IMG/VR virus record: IMGVR_UViG_3300024187_000002
Location: 1-64,000 of that record
Length of the DNA stretch: 64,000 nt
Direction: 5' to 3' (one strand)
DNA from: a virus
Taxonomy: Duplodnaviria > Caudoviricetes
Shown: in pieces, positions 19,128-28,064 of the stretch
Position numbering within the stretch: position 1 is the stretch's first letter
Layout of the letters: each line of letters begins with the position of its first letter
Made by a program: the position numbers and the translations under genes
Notes under the pieces: model-generated
The model's database searches: none
Told to the model about the DNA's origin: nothing
What the model saw: the letters and a program-made list of their open reading frames with translations, nothing else

Positions 19128-20171
19128 ATGAAAATCTGCCATTTCTCTGCTTTCAATTCTTCAGGGATGCACAAGTGCGCTGAGACGTTAATGCGCGCCG
19201 AGCGCAAGTTGGGTCTCGATAGTCATCTGGTGAACATCCACGAAGTACCGTCTGAACAGTGGGACAAGTATGCGGATGCGGACATTTTCGTTCCGCATAC
19301 TCATTTCCCTAACGAGATGAGAAAGAGGCTGACGAAGCCTCTCAAGATGGTCTTCCTTGGTCATGGTACGCCTGAATATATCTTTCGGTCTTCTGTCGAT
19401 AGCGCCAAGCAAGGGTATGGGCATGGTGATGGCTTAATGCTCTGGATGTATTGGATGCAGAACGCGGATGCTGTCTGCACGTTCTGGCCGCGACATCAGG
19501 CGATTATGCAGTCGATGTGTGACAAGAACACGAGGGTTCACTTAATCCCGCTGGGGTTAGATTTGGACTTCTGGAAAAGCGGGGTAAGCAGGGGAAAGTT
19601 TGCCGGAAACCCTTCGGTGATGATCTGCGAGAACAGCCACTTTATGAAGTGGGCTTACGACCTGTTTATTGCGTGGCCGTGGGTTTACAAAGAGATACCT
19701 GACGCCTGCCTTCATGCTAACTACCTGCCGGTGGATCAGCATCGCTGGTTCTTCCCGCTGGTAAACCGAAACGGGGCAAGCTACGGCGCTCATATTTCTC
19801 CCTTAACGTTTGCACATGAAGAACTAAGAAACGTACTCAAGAGCGTCGATGTCTATGCGAACCTCGTACGTTACGGGGATCACAACCGCATGGGGTTAGA
19901 GGCGAGTATCAGCGGCGCAAAAGTAATCAGCTATCGCGGGAATCCCTACGCAGACTTTTGGATTCAGGAAGGCTCTCAGGTCGGCATGGCTCAAGAGTTA
20001 ATTCCTATCTTAAAGGGGGACGTAACCCCGCGAGTTAAGGAGACTATCGCCTCAGATGTGGAAATGGCTCAGGCGATGATTGAGGTTTACCACGAGGTTT
20101 TGAACCGAGGAATTATGCCGATAAAGGCGAAACAAGAGGATATCTTAGACGCCGCGGAGATAACCCTATAA
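19128..20171 (+). CDS. Glycosyltransferase, GT-B/GT4-like
   Basis: MKICHFS..SG N-terminus; C-terminal DVYANL..GLEASISGAKVIS resembles the GT4 donor-binding motif. Confidence 0.78.
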   Translation: MKICHFSAFNSSGMHKCAETLMRAERKLGLDSHLVNIHEVPSEQWDKYADADIFVPHTHFPNEMRKRLTKPLKMVFLGHGTPEYIFRSSVDSAKQGYGHGDGLMLWMYWMQNADAVCTFWPRHQAIMQSMCDKNTRVHLIPLGLDLDFWKSGVSRGKFAGNPSVMICENSHFMKWAYDLFIAWPWVYKEIPDACLHANYLPVDQHRWFFPLVNRNGASYGAHISPLTFAHEELRNVLKSVDVYANLVRYGDHNRMGLEASISGAKVISYRGNPYADFWIQEGSQVGMAQELIPILKGDVTPRVKETIASDVEMAQAMIEVYHEVLNRGIMPIKAKQEDILDAAEITL

Positions 20172-20725
20172 TGCATCAATTCTCTAACAACGCATTCAAC
20201 TTTGTGGACAAGACGGCGACGATAGGTCAGAACGTCACTATCTGGCACTTCGCCGTCCTGTTAGCCGACGTGAAGATTGGCGACAACGTGTCAATAGGTT
20301 CACGGACGGAGATTGGCCGAGGATCTACAATCGGCGATAACACGCGCATTAGTTCAGGGGTGTTCTTACCTTCAAACAGCATCATAGGGAAAAATTGTTT
20401 CATCGCTCCGAACGTGACGTTTACCGATGATCGTTACCCACGTGCCGGGAATGATTCGTACCACGCGGAACCTCCGATCCTTGAAGACGGCTGTTCCGTA
20501 GGGGCCGGCTCAGTCGTCCTTCCGGGCGTCACAATCGGCGCAGGGGCGCTTGTGGGGGCAGGGTCGGTCGTCACTAGGAATGTTCCGCCCAAGGGCCACG
20601 TACGGGGCGAGCCAGCACGAGAAAAGGCATACTCAGGGGTTCACCGAGAAGAGTTCCACGAGCTTGTAGCTCCAATCGTTATTGAACATTTCAAAAAGAC
20701 GGGTAGGCACATTCTACCTTCGTGA
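20171..20725 (+). CDS. Hexapeptide-repeat sugar acetyltransferase (WbpD/FdtC-like)
   Basis: IGQNVTI/IGDNVSIG/IGKNCFIAPNVTFTDDRYPR/IGAGALVGAGSVVTRNVP left-handed beta-helix. Confidence 0.9.
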   Translation: MHQFSNNAFNFVDKTATIGQNVTIWHFAVLLADVKIGDNVSIGSRTEIGRGSTIGDNTRISSGVFLPSNSIIGKNCFIAPNVTFTDDRYPRAGNDSYHAEPPILEDGCSVGAGSVVLPGVTIGAGALVGAGSVVTRNVPPKGHVRGEPAREKAYSGVHREEFHELVAPIVIEHFKKTGRHILPS

Positions 20726-20735
20726 AAGGAAGGCT

Positions 20736-21062
20736 ATGGCTACACAAACCGACTTCGCGTTTATCCCTGTCACGATAACAGCAGGGGCGATAGCGTCCTC
20801 CGTTTATGATTTGCTAGTTGCGGGCGGTTTAACGCCAACCGGATCGTGTGTAGCACTGCGAATCGCCCTCGGAGCAGACACGTACTGGGGAAACGTATCC
20901 ACAGTAACCGACTCGTCCGGTGCCTTAGTTACTTCGGGAACCGTAATTACCGACACCGCAACCGGCGCGAGTAGTAATGCCATTCCAATAGCCCAAATGT
21001 TTATTTACAAGAAGGCGTCGGGCGACGCGACAGGCACGATTTATGCGCGCTTTACTCCGTAG
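20736..21062 (+). CDS. Small beta-rich structural protein
   Basis: SD GAAAGGAAGG, ATG 20736, 108 aa. Confidence 0.5.
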   Translation: MATQTDFAFIPVTITAGAIASSVYDLLVAGGLTPTGSCVALRIALGADTYWGNVSTVTDSSGALVTSGTVITDTATGASSNAIPIAQMFIYKKASGDATGTIYARFTP

Positions 21063-21079
21063 GAATCGCTTAGTTAAGA

Positions 21080-23527
21080 ATGATCGTATCTCTTTCATCG
21101 TTCCAGATTTACCCTGCCGCCAATGCCGGGTACGATCCTGATAATCTTGAGGTGCGTTGGTGGTATAATCGAGGCTACATTGATAGCAGCACAGTCTTTG
21201 TTCAGGGCGGAAATGGTCAATCAGGATTCTACATAACGTCGCCTTGTACTGTAGACGGTGACGGAATAATTTCTGTTCCATCCACCGATCTGTTTTCGAC
21301 TTTAGACGCAGCCGATCCCAACCCTCAAAGCATTCAAATCTTTGGGCGGCTCTACAGCAACAACACTGCCAAGCAATATGTTACTGCCTATTCTTCGACG
21401 CCTACGGGTTGGGTGGTACAAAACTCTAGTCCGCTTACCTATGAAGATTTAGTCTTAGAGAATCAGTCGATCGTCCTCGCGAATCCATCGCCAACTTTCC
21501 CGACGTTCGCGCAGATGATTGCCTACATCAACTCGCTCACGCCAACGCCTTTAGCTAGCGATGTGGTTATAGGGCGCTCCCGTTTCCGCACCGCGCCCAC
21601 TGACGCTCTCGACCCTATAGCGGTAGAAGATAACGATCCTCGCGTTAACGCAGTTTACAATATTAAGACCTATGGAGCAGTGGGTGACGGCAACTCGTCG
21701 CTTTCATCTGCGCCGTGGCGTGCTCAATTCGGTATTCCATCGTCTGTGCCTAATGCTTACCTAGGTGGAACTACTTTCGGGACACTGACCTTTGTGGACG
21801 GAGTTGACACCAAAGATTACGTCGCAATGGCCTATGCGGTTTACTTATCAGGGCAGAATCGGGGAACGTATGTTCCCGGTTCAGGGGTGACGTTAGTTGA
21901 GTCCATTGAGATCATCATTCCTCCCGGTACTTATAATCTTAACAAACTGATTGGCTTGTACTCGTCTTACTACGTGACAGCTACCAATGCAGTGTTAGTG
22001 AGAAGCGGCGCAGGGCCGATCTTCAACATTCTTGATCCCATCAAGACCGTCATCTCTGGTATCCAGTTTCAGGGCGGCACAAATGCGATTTTAGTCGCAA
22101 ACGAAAATATCGACGCGACTGAATTGGATGTTACTCGTAACACTTTCCAAGGTCAGACTGATTATGCAGTTCGCGGCAGCAGCACGGCGACGGCAATGCC
22201 CAAGGCCCTGCGTGTTGTTGACAACAAGTTCATTAATACAGCAGGGGGCGTCTACAACACCAGCAACCAAGCAATTATTGAGAGCAACTGGTTTGAAATG
22301 ACCACCACAAATCCGCTGCTTTATAACGATGGTGGTCAGGCGTCTTTTTCTAAAAACCGGATTACCGCCGGAGCAGCCTCCCCACCTGCCGACTGGATTA
22401 TCAACGCCGGACAGTTAAGGGCCGAGTGGAACATTATCGGCGGGGAAAGTCCTGCGGGTAAGAGATTCCTGCGTGTAATTGCAGGTGCGCAATACACTTC
22501 AGTCCAGCATAATATCGTCCACTCAGATACTGACTCTTACAACATTCAATTAGACGTATATCCGATCAATGTGTTCATTGAGCATAACTGGTTTCAGTCA
22601 AACAATGGATTTATCGTTAACGATAATTACGTTGGGGCCACCGCGGGGGCGACAGCGAGCATAGGCGCGGCACTTGGCACAAGTAACAACACCTTTAAGC
22701 ATAACCAGCAGGGTAATTCTGCCACGCCGGTACTACCCTTTATCGCCTTCAAAAACGGCGGGCTATATTTCACCTTTGCGGGCACTGGTCTAGGCCGTAC
22801 TGCAACCACGAGAGAAGTAGAGGTCGTTTGGCCGGGAACTGATTTTACCAACTTATTTCCTGATGCCTCTGAGGGGATTTCCGGGAGTTGGACGGCCAGC
22901 GGAGTGTCCTTCAGCAATAACGCGGTAGTTGCCCCAGACGGCTCTACAACCGGCAGTAACATCGCTGGCAACGCGTTTGGCACACTGGATAGCACGAACA
23001 TTACTACAGTCGCTTTAGGGGGCGCAGGGGCTTACACCTTGTCTCTGTATGTGCGGAACTATGCCGCGGCGAATATTGTTTCGGTTTATAACGTAACTGA
23101 TTCTGTAGTCGTAGTTGCTCGCCCGCTTTCGGTAGGTACGGAGTGGATTCGGGAAATCATCTCGTTCTATGCGGCCACGGGAAAGACTTATATTGTTCGA
23201 TTCAACCTTGTCACAGGTGGATCGTTGAATGCGTGGGGATTTCAAATTAACCCCGGCTACCATGCGGCACCGTATTTGTATCGCGGAACGAGCGCTAAGA
23301 GCAGTGCGTTTCCTTTTGTAGGGCCAGAGCGTCCTGTTTATTATTCTGCGGCAATGCCCTCAACAGGTGACTGGAAAGCTGGTATGACCGTGTTCGCAAC
23401 TGCACCAACCGAGCAGGGAACGGCATTGAGTAAATACATTCTTCTAGGCTGGCGCAGAATAACTACCGGGTCAGGAAATGTTTTGAATACTGACTGGTTA
23501 GAGATGCGAACATTGACAGGGAACTAG
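21080..23527 (+). CDS. Tailspike/depolymerase (right-handed beta-helix, C-terminal CBM-like domain)
   Basis: YNIKTYGAVGDG pectate-lyase-like start, N/I-rich beta-helix coils, C-terminal NLFPDASE..GSW jelly-roll-like region. Confidence 0.82.
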   Translation: MIVSLSSFQIYPAANAGYDPDNLEVRWWYNRGYIDSSTVFVQGGNGQSGFYITSPCTVDGDGIISVPSTDLFSTLDAADPNPQSIQIFGRLYSNNTAKQYVTAYSSTPTGWVVQNSSPLTYEDLVLENQSIVLANPSPTFPTFAQMIAYINSLTPTPLASDVVIGRSRFRTAPTDALDPIAVEDNDPRVNAVYNIKTYGAVGDGNSSLSSAPWRAQFGIPSSVPNAYLGGTTFGTLTFVDGVDTKDYVAMAYAVYLSGQNRGTYVPGSGVTLVESIEIIIPPGTYNLNKLIGLYSSYYVTATNAVLVRSGAGPIFNILDPIKTVISGIQFQGGTNAILVANENIDATELDVTRNTFQGQTDYAVRGSSTATAMPKALRVVDNKFINTAGGVYNTSNQAIIESNWFEMTTTNPLLYNDGGQASFSKNRITAGAASPPADWIINAGQLRAEWNIIGGESPAGKRFLRVIAGAQYTSVQHNIVHSDTDSYNIQLDVYPINVFIEHNWFQSNNGFIVNDNYVGATAGATASIGAALGTSNNTFKHNQQGNSATPVLPFIAFKNGGLYFTFAGTGLGRTATTREVEVVWPGTDFTNLFPDASEGISGSWTASGVSFSNNAVVAPDGSTTGSNIAGNAFGTLDSTNITTVALGGAGAYTLSLYVRNYAAANIVSVYNVTDSVVVVARPLSVGTEWIREIISFYAATGKTYIVRFNLVTGGSLNAWGFQINPGYHAAPYLYRGTSAKSSAFPFVGPERPVYYSAAMPSTGDWKAGMTVFATAPTEQGTALSKYILLGWRRITTGSGNVLNTDWLEMRTLTGN

Positions 23528-23528
23528 C

Positions 23529-24032
23529 GTGAACGAAGATAAAAGCCACGCACAGGAAGCCGCCGATCTTCTCGGCGCAACCGAATCAGACCGACTGGCA
23601 GAGACGGCCAGCCTGCTGTTGTCTTACAGTTTTCTGTTTAATAATTGGAGTGAAGGCCCCGATGCAAACCTGAAGGTAGACGGCGAAACGGGGCGCATCG
23701 TTGCGGTAAATAAGCAAGCTGCTCCGATGTTTGGCTGTCACGCCACGAAGATGATTGGCACCTTGGTTGAGGACTGGATACCGGAACGACTAAGAGAACA
23801 ACATAAGAAACATCGCGAAAGGTATCGCGCATTCCCAACCAACCGCCCTATGTCATACGGCCAGCAGTTAGTCGCGTTACGCGCCGATGGTAAAACTGAG
23901 TTCCCTTGTTTTATCAACCTGATCTTTCAGTATGACGCTGAGAGACTAGTTGTTGGGGTTACTATACGACGGCTTGATCCGGCTGGCGTGAAAATGCCTC
24001 CAATGCAAACAGGGGGCGAGACGGTAGAGTGA
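23529..24032 (+). CDS. Stand-alone PAS domain protein (FixL-like)
   Basis: DANLKVD..GRIVAVNKQAAPMFG..MIGTLVEDWIPERLREQH..ERY..RPM..LRADG..FP aligns by eye with FixL-type PAS; no output domain. Confidence 0.85.
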   Translation: MNEDKSHAQEAADLLGATESDRLAETASLLLSYSFLFNNWSEGPDANLKVDGETGRIVAVNKQAAPMFGCHATKMIGTLVEDWIPERLREQHKKHRERYRAFPTNRPMSYGQQLVALRADGKTEFPCFINLIFQYDAERLVVGVTIRRLDPAGVKMPPMQTGGETVE

Positions 24033-24487
24033 AAGAGTTGCTTCCCTATGTTGGGTTATTGGCGCTGGCGCTGTCGATAGCTAACACCGTTTATCAGCGG
24101 CGCAAAGACGTGCAAGGTGATTGGCAAAAAAAGATCGATAAGGCAGTTGAGCCGTTTGCGGGACTACCCCAGATGGTGACAGAGATCGCGGCAGATTTAG
24201 CGGTCGCCAAGAAACAGTTGGAAGTGTTTTGGAGGGGCGTGAGTTTTTCATCGGCACAGGCTTTACATTCGCCACACACTAAAGAACTGGACGTGTTACT
24301 GGAAAAGTTCCAACGTGATGAGATTCAAAGTGAAAAGGACTTGTTCAAGCTTAAGGAAATGCTAAAAGATGTTGCGGAGAATGACCCTGAGCCTATGCGG
24401 AAGAAATTCGCACTGGATATTCTCACGCTGATTCATGTTCGATTTGAAATAGGGGGCGACTTGGTAGAATCGTTTCGACAAACATGA
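24029..24487 (+). CDS. Single N-terminal TM protein with coiled coil (holin/antiholin-like)
   Basis: LLPYVGLLALALSIANTVY TM helix; GTGA overlap with the PAS stop. Confidence 0.6.
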   Translation: MKELLPYVGLLALALSIANTVYQRRKDVQGDWQKKIDKAVEPFAGLPQMVTEIAADLAVAKKQLEVFWRGVSFSSAQALHSPHTKELDVLLEKFQRDEIQSEKDLFKLKEMLKDVAENDPEPMRKKFALDILTLIHVRFEIGGDLVESFRQT

Positions 24488-24560
24488 AGCAACTGAAAGA
24501 GAATCAAATCAGTAAAGGTTCGTCGCCTATGCAACCGCACCCGATGATAATGGTTACGAC

Positions 24561-24992
24561 ATGAGCGCCAATGCACCCGTTAAGTCCATACGCGAAGTCT
24601 CCCAGAATGGCTATAAACCGATTGGTACTATGCCAAAATCGCAGCAAGAGCCATTTGTGGAACGTATCAGGCGCATCCTGCCCCACCGAGAGGACATTCA
24701 GATGAGCGATGGCCGACAGATTAAGGGTGGTATTGTGATTCATCCGATTATCGCCACGGCGTTGTTGGGCGCAGTCATTGCTATCGGCCTCAGCGTTCGG
24801 TCGGAAATGAGTTGGCAACACGATCAAATCGTGAAGATAACCACCCAAAAAGAAGACGCGGAAAAGCGCGACGCAGAGCGAGCCGAAGAATTAAGCAAAC
24901 GACTTCAGAATATTGACGCGGTACAGATCGCCTTGGGGCGTGATATAGTTCGCGCTCAAGAAATACAGAAGGCTAAGAATTCCAGAAACTAG
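24561..24992 (+). CDS. Single-TM coiled-coil protein
   Basis: IVIHPIIATALLGAVIAIGLSV TM followed by heptads. Confidence 0.6.
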   Translation: MSANAPVKSIREVSQNGYKPIGTMPKSQQEPFVERIRRILPHREDIQMSDGRQIKGGIVIHPIIATALLGAVIAIGLSVRSEMSWQHDQIVKITTQKEDAEKRDAERAEELSKRLQNIDAVQIALGRDIVRAQEIQKAKNSRN

Positions 24993-25002
24993 GAGAAACC
25001 CG

Positions 25003-25320
25003 ATGAGCAACGGAGACCCCGATCCGATTTCAGGTGCGCCTTACATTATCATATGCGGGGGCCGTACCGGAGTCGCGCTCGCAACTACTTACGATGAAAA
25101 GGTTATTGCGGCAACTCAGTGCTCGGCACAGTTCGCTGCGTTCATGGGAATGGAGTACGGCGACTCTGACGACTTCATTTCAGACCTGCGACCTATTACA
25201 ACCATTCAGCATCAGTTAATGAACCACGCTATCGGCGTCCATAAACTCAGCCACGATGAATTGGATCAGAAGTTTGCGGATCTATTCGCGGCAATGGCGA
25301 CGATGGAGGGCGAGTATTGA
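25003..25320 (+). CDS. Hypothetical protein
   Basis: SD AGGAGA, 105 aa. Confidence 0.55.
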   Translation: MSNGDPDPISGAPYIIICGGRTGVALATTYDEKVIAATQCSAQFAAFMGMEYGDSDDFISDLRPITTIQHQLMNHAIGVHKLSHDELDQKFADLFAAMATMEGEY

Positions 25321-25612
25321 ACGGAGTTGTCATTGCTCGCTCTAAAGTCCATCCGCGTTCAAGCCTAGATGCGAGACTTTGCTTCTTACCGCCTAATTCA
25401 CGCGACCAATCGCTGATAACCTGAGTGCGCCCTTTCCACGTAATCCAACGATTATTGCGCCTGTTGCGTTGCTGCTCGTGGTTGGTAGCCCAGCGGCAAT
25501 TCGACGGTTCATAGTTTCCGTTGTTATTCTCTCTGTCGAGAGAGTGTTTAGGACTTGGCTTTGATCCCATATCGACCAAGAAGTTTTCGGCAAGCTTCCA
25601 CCGTCAGACTTC
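25247..25612 (-). pseudogene. Truncated HNH endonuclease
   Basis: ENFLVDMG..KHSLDRENNNGNYEPSNCRWAT..QQRNRRNN. The upstream frame reads GEV*RW where such enzymes usually have C-D/E-R-W; the N-terminus is missing. Confidence 0.75.
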
Positions 25613-25726
25613 ACCCGATCTTAGGGAGTCCGACCCCTATCGGCTTTCCGTCGAGCTCTTAGACGGAAAAACGCCCCAAGCCGCTTGCAACGACTCAGGG
25701 CGTTAACGCTGAAAGGAGATAACAGC

Positions 25727-25810
25727 ATGAACTGTTATATCCATCGGAGCTGGGTGATCGTCGTTGTCGTTTACGGTGACGTTACGATCATCCTGTTAGT
25801 GCCAATATAG
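25727..25810 (+). CDS. 27-aa hydrophobic peptide MNCYIHRSWVIVVVVYGDVTIILLVPI
   Basis: Strong SD AAAGGAGA just upstream; followed by a CUUCGG hairpin and a terminator. Too short for the ORF track. Confidence 0.55.
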   Translation: MNCYIHRSWVIVVVVYGDVTIILLVPI

Positions 25811-25832
25811 GGCTTCGGCCCTATGTTGCTGC

Positions 25833-25860
25833 GGGACGGGTCGAAAGGCCCGTCCTTTTT
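25833..25860 (+). terminator. Rho-independent terminator
   Basis: GGACGGGTC-GAAA-GGCCCGTCC followed by TTTTT. Confidence 0.85.
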
Positions 25861-25980
25861 GTCAAAGATAGCGTTTTGGATTACGTGTATGCGCTTCGCG
25901 TTGCGTGGATGTATGCGTTGATGTATGCGCCTTATATACTTACGCGGATGTTACTAACTTACGCGTAAGTATACTCAACG

Positions 25981-26009
25981 TTATTACTAAGTGCTTGAAC
26001 GATTGTCAA
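25981..26009 (-). promoter_or_regulatory. Sigma70-like leftward promoter
   Basis: TTGACA (26009-26004), 17-nt spacer, TAATAA (25986-25981). Confidence 0.6.
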
Positions 26010-26495
26010 CCACTAATTCACTAGTGAAACCGCAAGTGAATCACAAAACGGCTTACAGATAACTTTAAGTAACTGACCGTAACCCTAAGCAACTTTAGGT
26101 GATTAGCGTGTTACCCCTAGCGCAACCTCTAGTCTTACTTGTAAGACATTTTCTTAACCTAACAAAGCAATCCGTAACCGTTAAGGTCATCGACAGCCCA
26201 GAAGCGCGAATTCAAAGAACTATGTGCTCGAACGCGGCTTAATTATGATGCTGATTTACCGTGAAGAGTCACACGGTGTCACTTGGCAACACTATCACAG
26301 TGGAGCACTACCAGATGCTGAGAACTATACGCCTAGTTTTCACTTGTTGCAAGCACTTTGTTGTGCTATCTTCTGATTGTCCATTCGTACGGAGTCAGAC
26401 ATCCAAGATGCACTTGCGCCTCGACTCAAAAGGTTGGGGCGTTGGTGTCTTTACGCCACAAAGAGCGTAGACAACTCTAACAGTTCAGGACTACA

Positions 26496-26807
26496 ATGCC
26501 TCTTGAGATTATGGCGACTCTGCTGATTACCGTCTTAGCTCTGGTCGCTGCAAACTCAGTTCTACTTTGGCAACTCAGGAAGGACATCAAGAAAATGGCT
26601 GGAACAATTCTCGATCTGCAAAACGAAGTTACCGCACTAACGACCGTTGAAGAGAGCGCGGCTAAACTTTTAGACGGCCTCTCTCAACAACTGAAAGACG
26701 CGCTCGCGCAGAACGATCCCACCGCAATTCAGAAAGTCATTGACGATTTGGATGCAGGGAAAGCAAACTTGGCGGCGGCGATTACAAGGAACACGCCAGC
26801 AGCGTAA
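26496..26807 (+). CDS. Membrane-anchored helical protein
   Basis: N-terminal TM plus TVEESAAKLLDGLSQQL..DP..LAAAITRNTP, a pattern I recall from small phage proteins; TAGACA-18-TACAAT at 26468-26497. Confidence 0.6.
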   Translation: MPLEIMATLLITVLALVAANSVLLWQLRKDIKKMAGTILDLQNEVTALTTVEESAAKLLDGLSQQLKDALAQNDPTAIQKVIDDLDAGKANLAAAITRNTPAA

Positions 26808-26821
26808 CCAAAGGAGTTCAC

Positions 26822-27046
26822 ATGCTTCTCTTACTCACAGGCGGCTTAAGCCTTAGCGCGTTGCCGTTGCTTTTGGTCTACCTGTTAATCATCCTGATCG
26901 TCGTGTCAGTGATCTATTGGTTGATTAACTCGTTCGCGCCAGAGCCGATCAAGCGTTATGCGATTGCTGTAGTGGTCGTAATCGCGGTGATTTGCTTAAT
27001 CTATTTTCTACTTCAATTAGTTGGCGGCGCGTCGCCGCTTCGCTAA
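26822..27046 (+). CDS. Two-TM small membrane protein (holin-like)
   Basis: 74 aa, two hydrophobic helices, SD AAGGAG. Confidence 0.65.
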   Translation: MLLLLTGGLSLSALPLLLVYLLIILIVVSVIYWLINSFAPEPIKRYAIAVVVVIAVICLIYFLLQLVGGASPLR

Positions 27047-27060
27047 AAGGAAATCAAAAC

Positions 27061-27243
27061 ATGAAAATCAAATGGTTTCGTAGTGTTCGATTTAAGAATG
27101 ACTGGGAATTGAACTTCATTGGCAGAGTGTGGAACTTTAGAATCGGGCGTAGTCAATTCGCCTCGTGGCGCAACTACGAGCCGATCTTCAACCTCTTCCG
27201 CGACCATGGAAATGGCACTTGGAGTTTGCCGTTCAGCGCTTAA
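27061..27243 (+). CDS. Aromatic-rich small hypothetical protein
   Basis: SD AAAGGAAA, ATG 27061, 60 aa. Confidence 0.5.
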   Translation: MKIKWFRSVRFKNDWELNFIGRVWNFRIGRSQFASWRNYEPIFNLFRDHGNGTWSLPFSA

Positions 27244-27394
27244 ATACAAATCAGAAAGGTTTGCGGCGGGTCTTTCGGCCAATGTTCTTTGATGAAGAGA
27301 GCAGCTCGTTTGACAGGAAACAACGACCACGTTCAAGTAGCTACGCGCTTTGCGCAACCGGCACTGACTCGCCTTCGTCTCTAGGGGATAATTT

Positions 27395-27886
27395 ATGCAC
27401 AGACGTTCATTCATCCAAAGCACCACCACCGGAGCAGCCAGCATGGTTGCGCTTGGCATGTCCAAGTGCAGCAGTCCAAGTGTCAAGGGGTCAGTTACGA
27501 TCATCACTGGCGCGGTCAGTGAGCTTCAGATTCTTTTCCCTAACAACTCTGCGCTTGGCAAGATTGGAAGTCTCGCTAATGACTTCTCAAAAGACTGGTC
27601 GGCAGGCAATTTCGCTTCAGCCCGAACCGCGTTCGACAACCTCGACACTTTAATCAATCAAGTCATCACAGATTTGGGACTGAATGCGTCAACGAGAATC
27701 AAGCTAATTCTCGCGGCTTTAGGAATTGGTCTGAGAGTGCTTGCGGCGATTATCGCAGAACAGGGAAGCCAGAATACTTCTGCTTCAAGGGCTGCGAGAG
27801 TATCAGCACCATCGACAGTAAACCGGATAAATCAACTTGCTGATCCGGTTGTGGCGGATAGGTTGCTTAAGAGTTTGAAGCCGTAG
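27395..27886 (+). CDS. Putative Tat-exported lipoprotein
   Basis: MHRRSFIQ twin-arginine motif, hydrophobic stretch, Cys at ALGMSKC (atypical lipobox). Confidence 0.55.
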   Translation: MHRRSFIQSTTTGAASMVALGMSKCSSPSVKGSVTIITGAVSELQILFPNNSALGKIGSLANDFSKDWSAGNFASARTAFDNLDTLINQVITDLGLNASTRIKLILAALGIGLRVLAAIIAEQGSQNTSASRAARVSAPSTVNRINQLADPVVADRLLKSLKP

Positions 27887-28064
27887 TGCGGGGTTACTTC
27901 CCGACTAGCCAGACAAGAATCTTAGCGAGCGTATTTCCGTCCATTGCTTCGCCGCGCTCAATTCGGGATAGAGTGCCGTGAGATATGCCGATTTCTTTTG
28001 CGGCTTCACGTACGCCGATATCAGACATTCTGCGCCACTTCTTTAATACTTCACCAAGTTTCAT

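Noticed and set aside
26244-26470. Short ORFs (43 and 69 aa) as genes or an endolysin fragment
   Set aside because: No SD and no recognisable motif.
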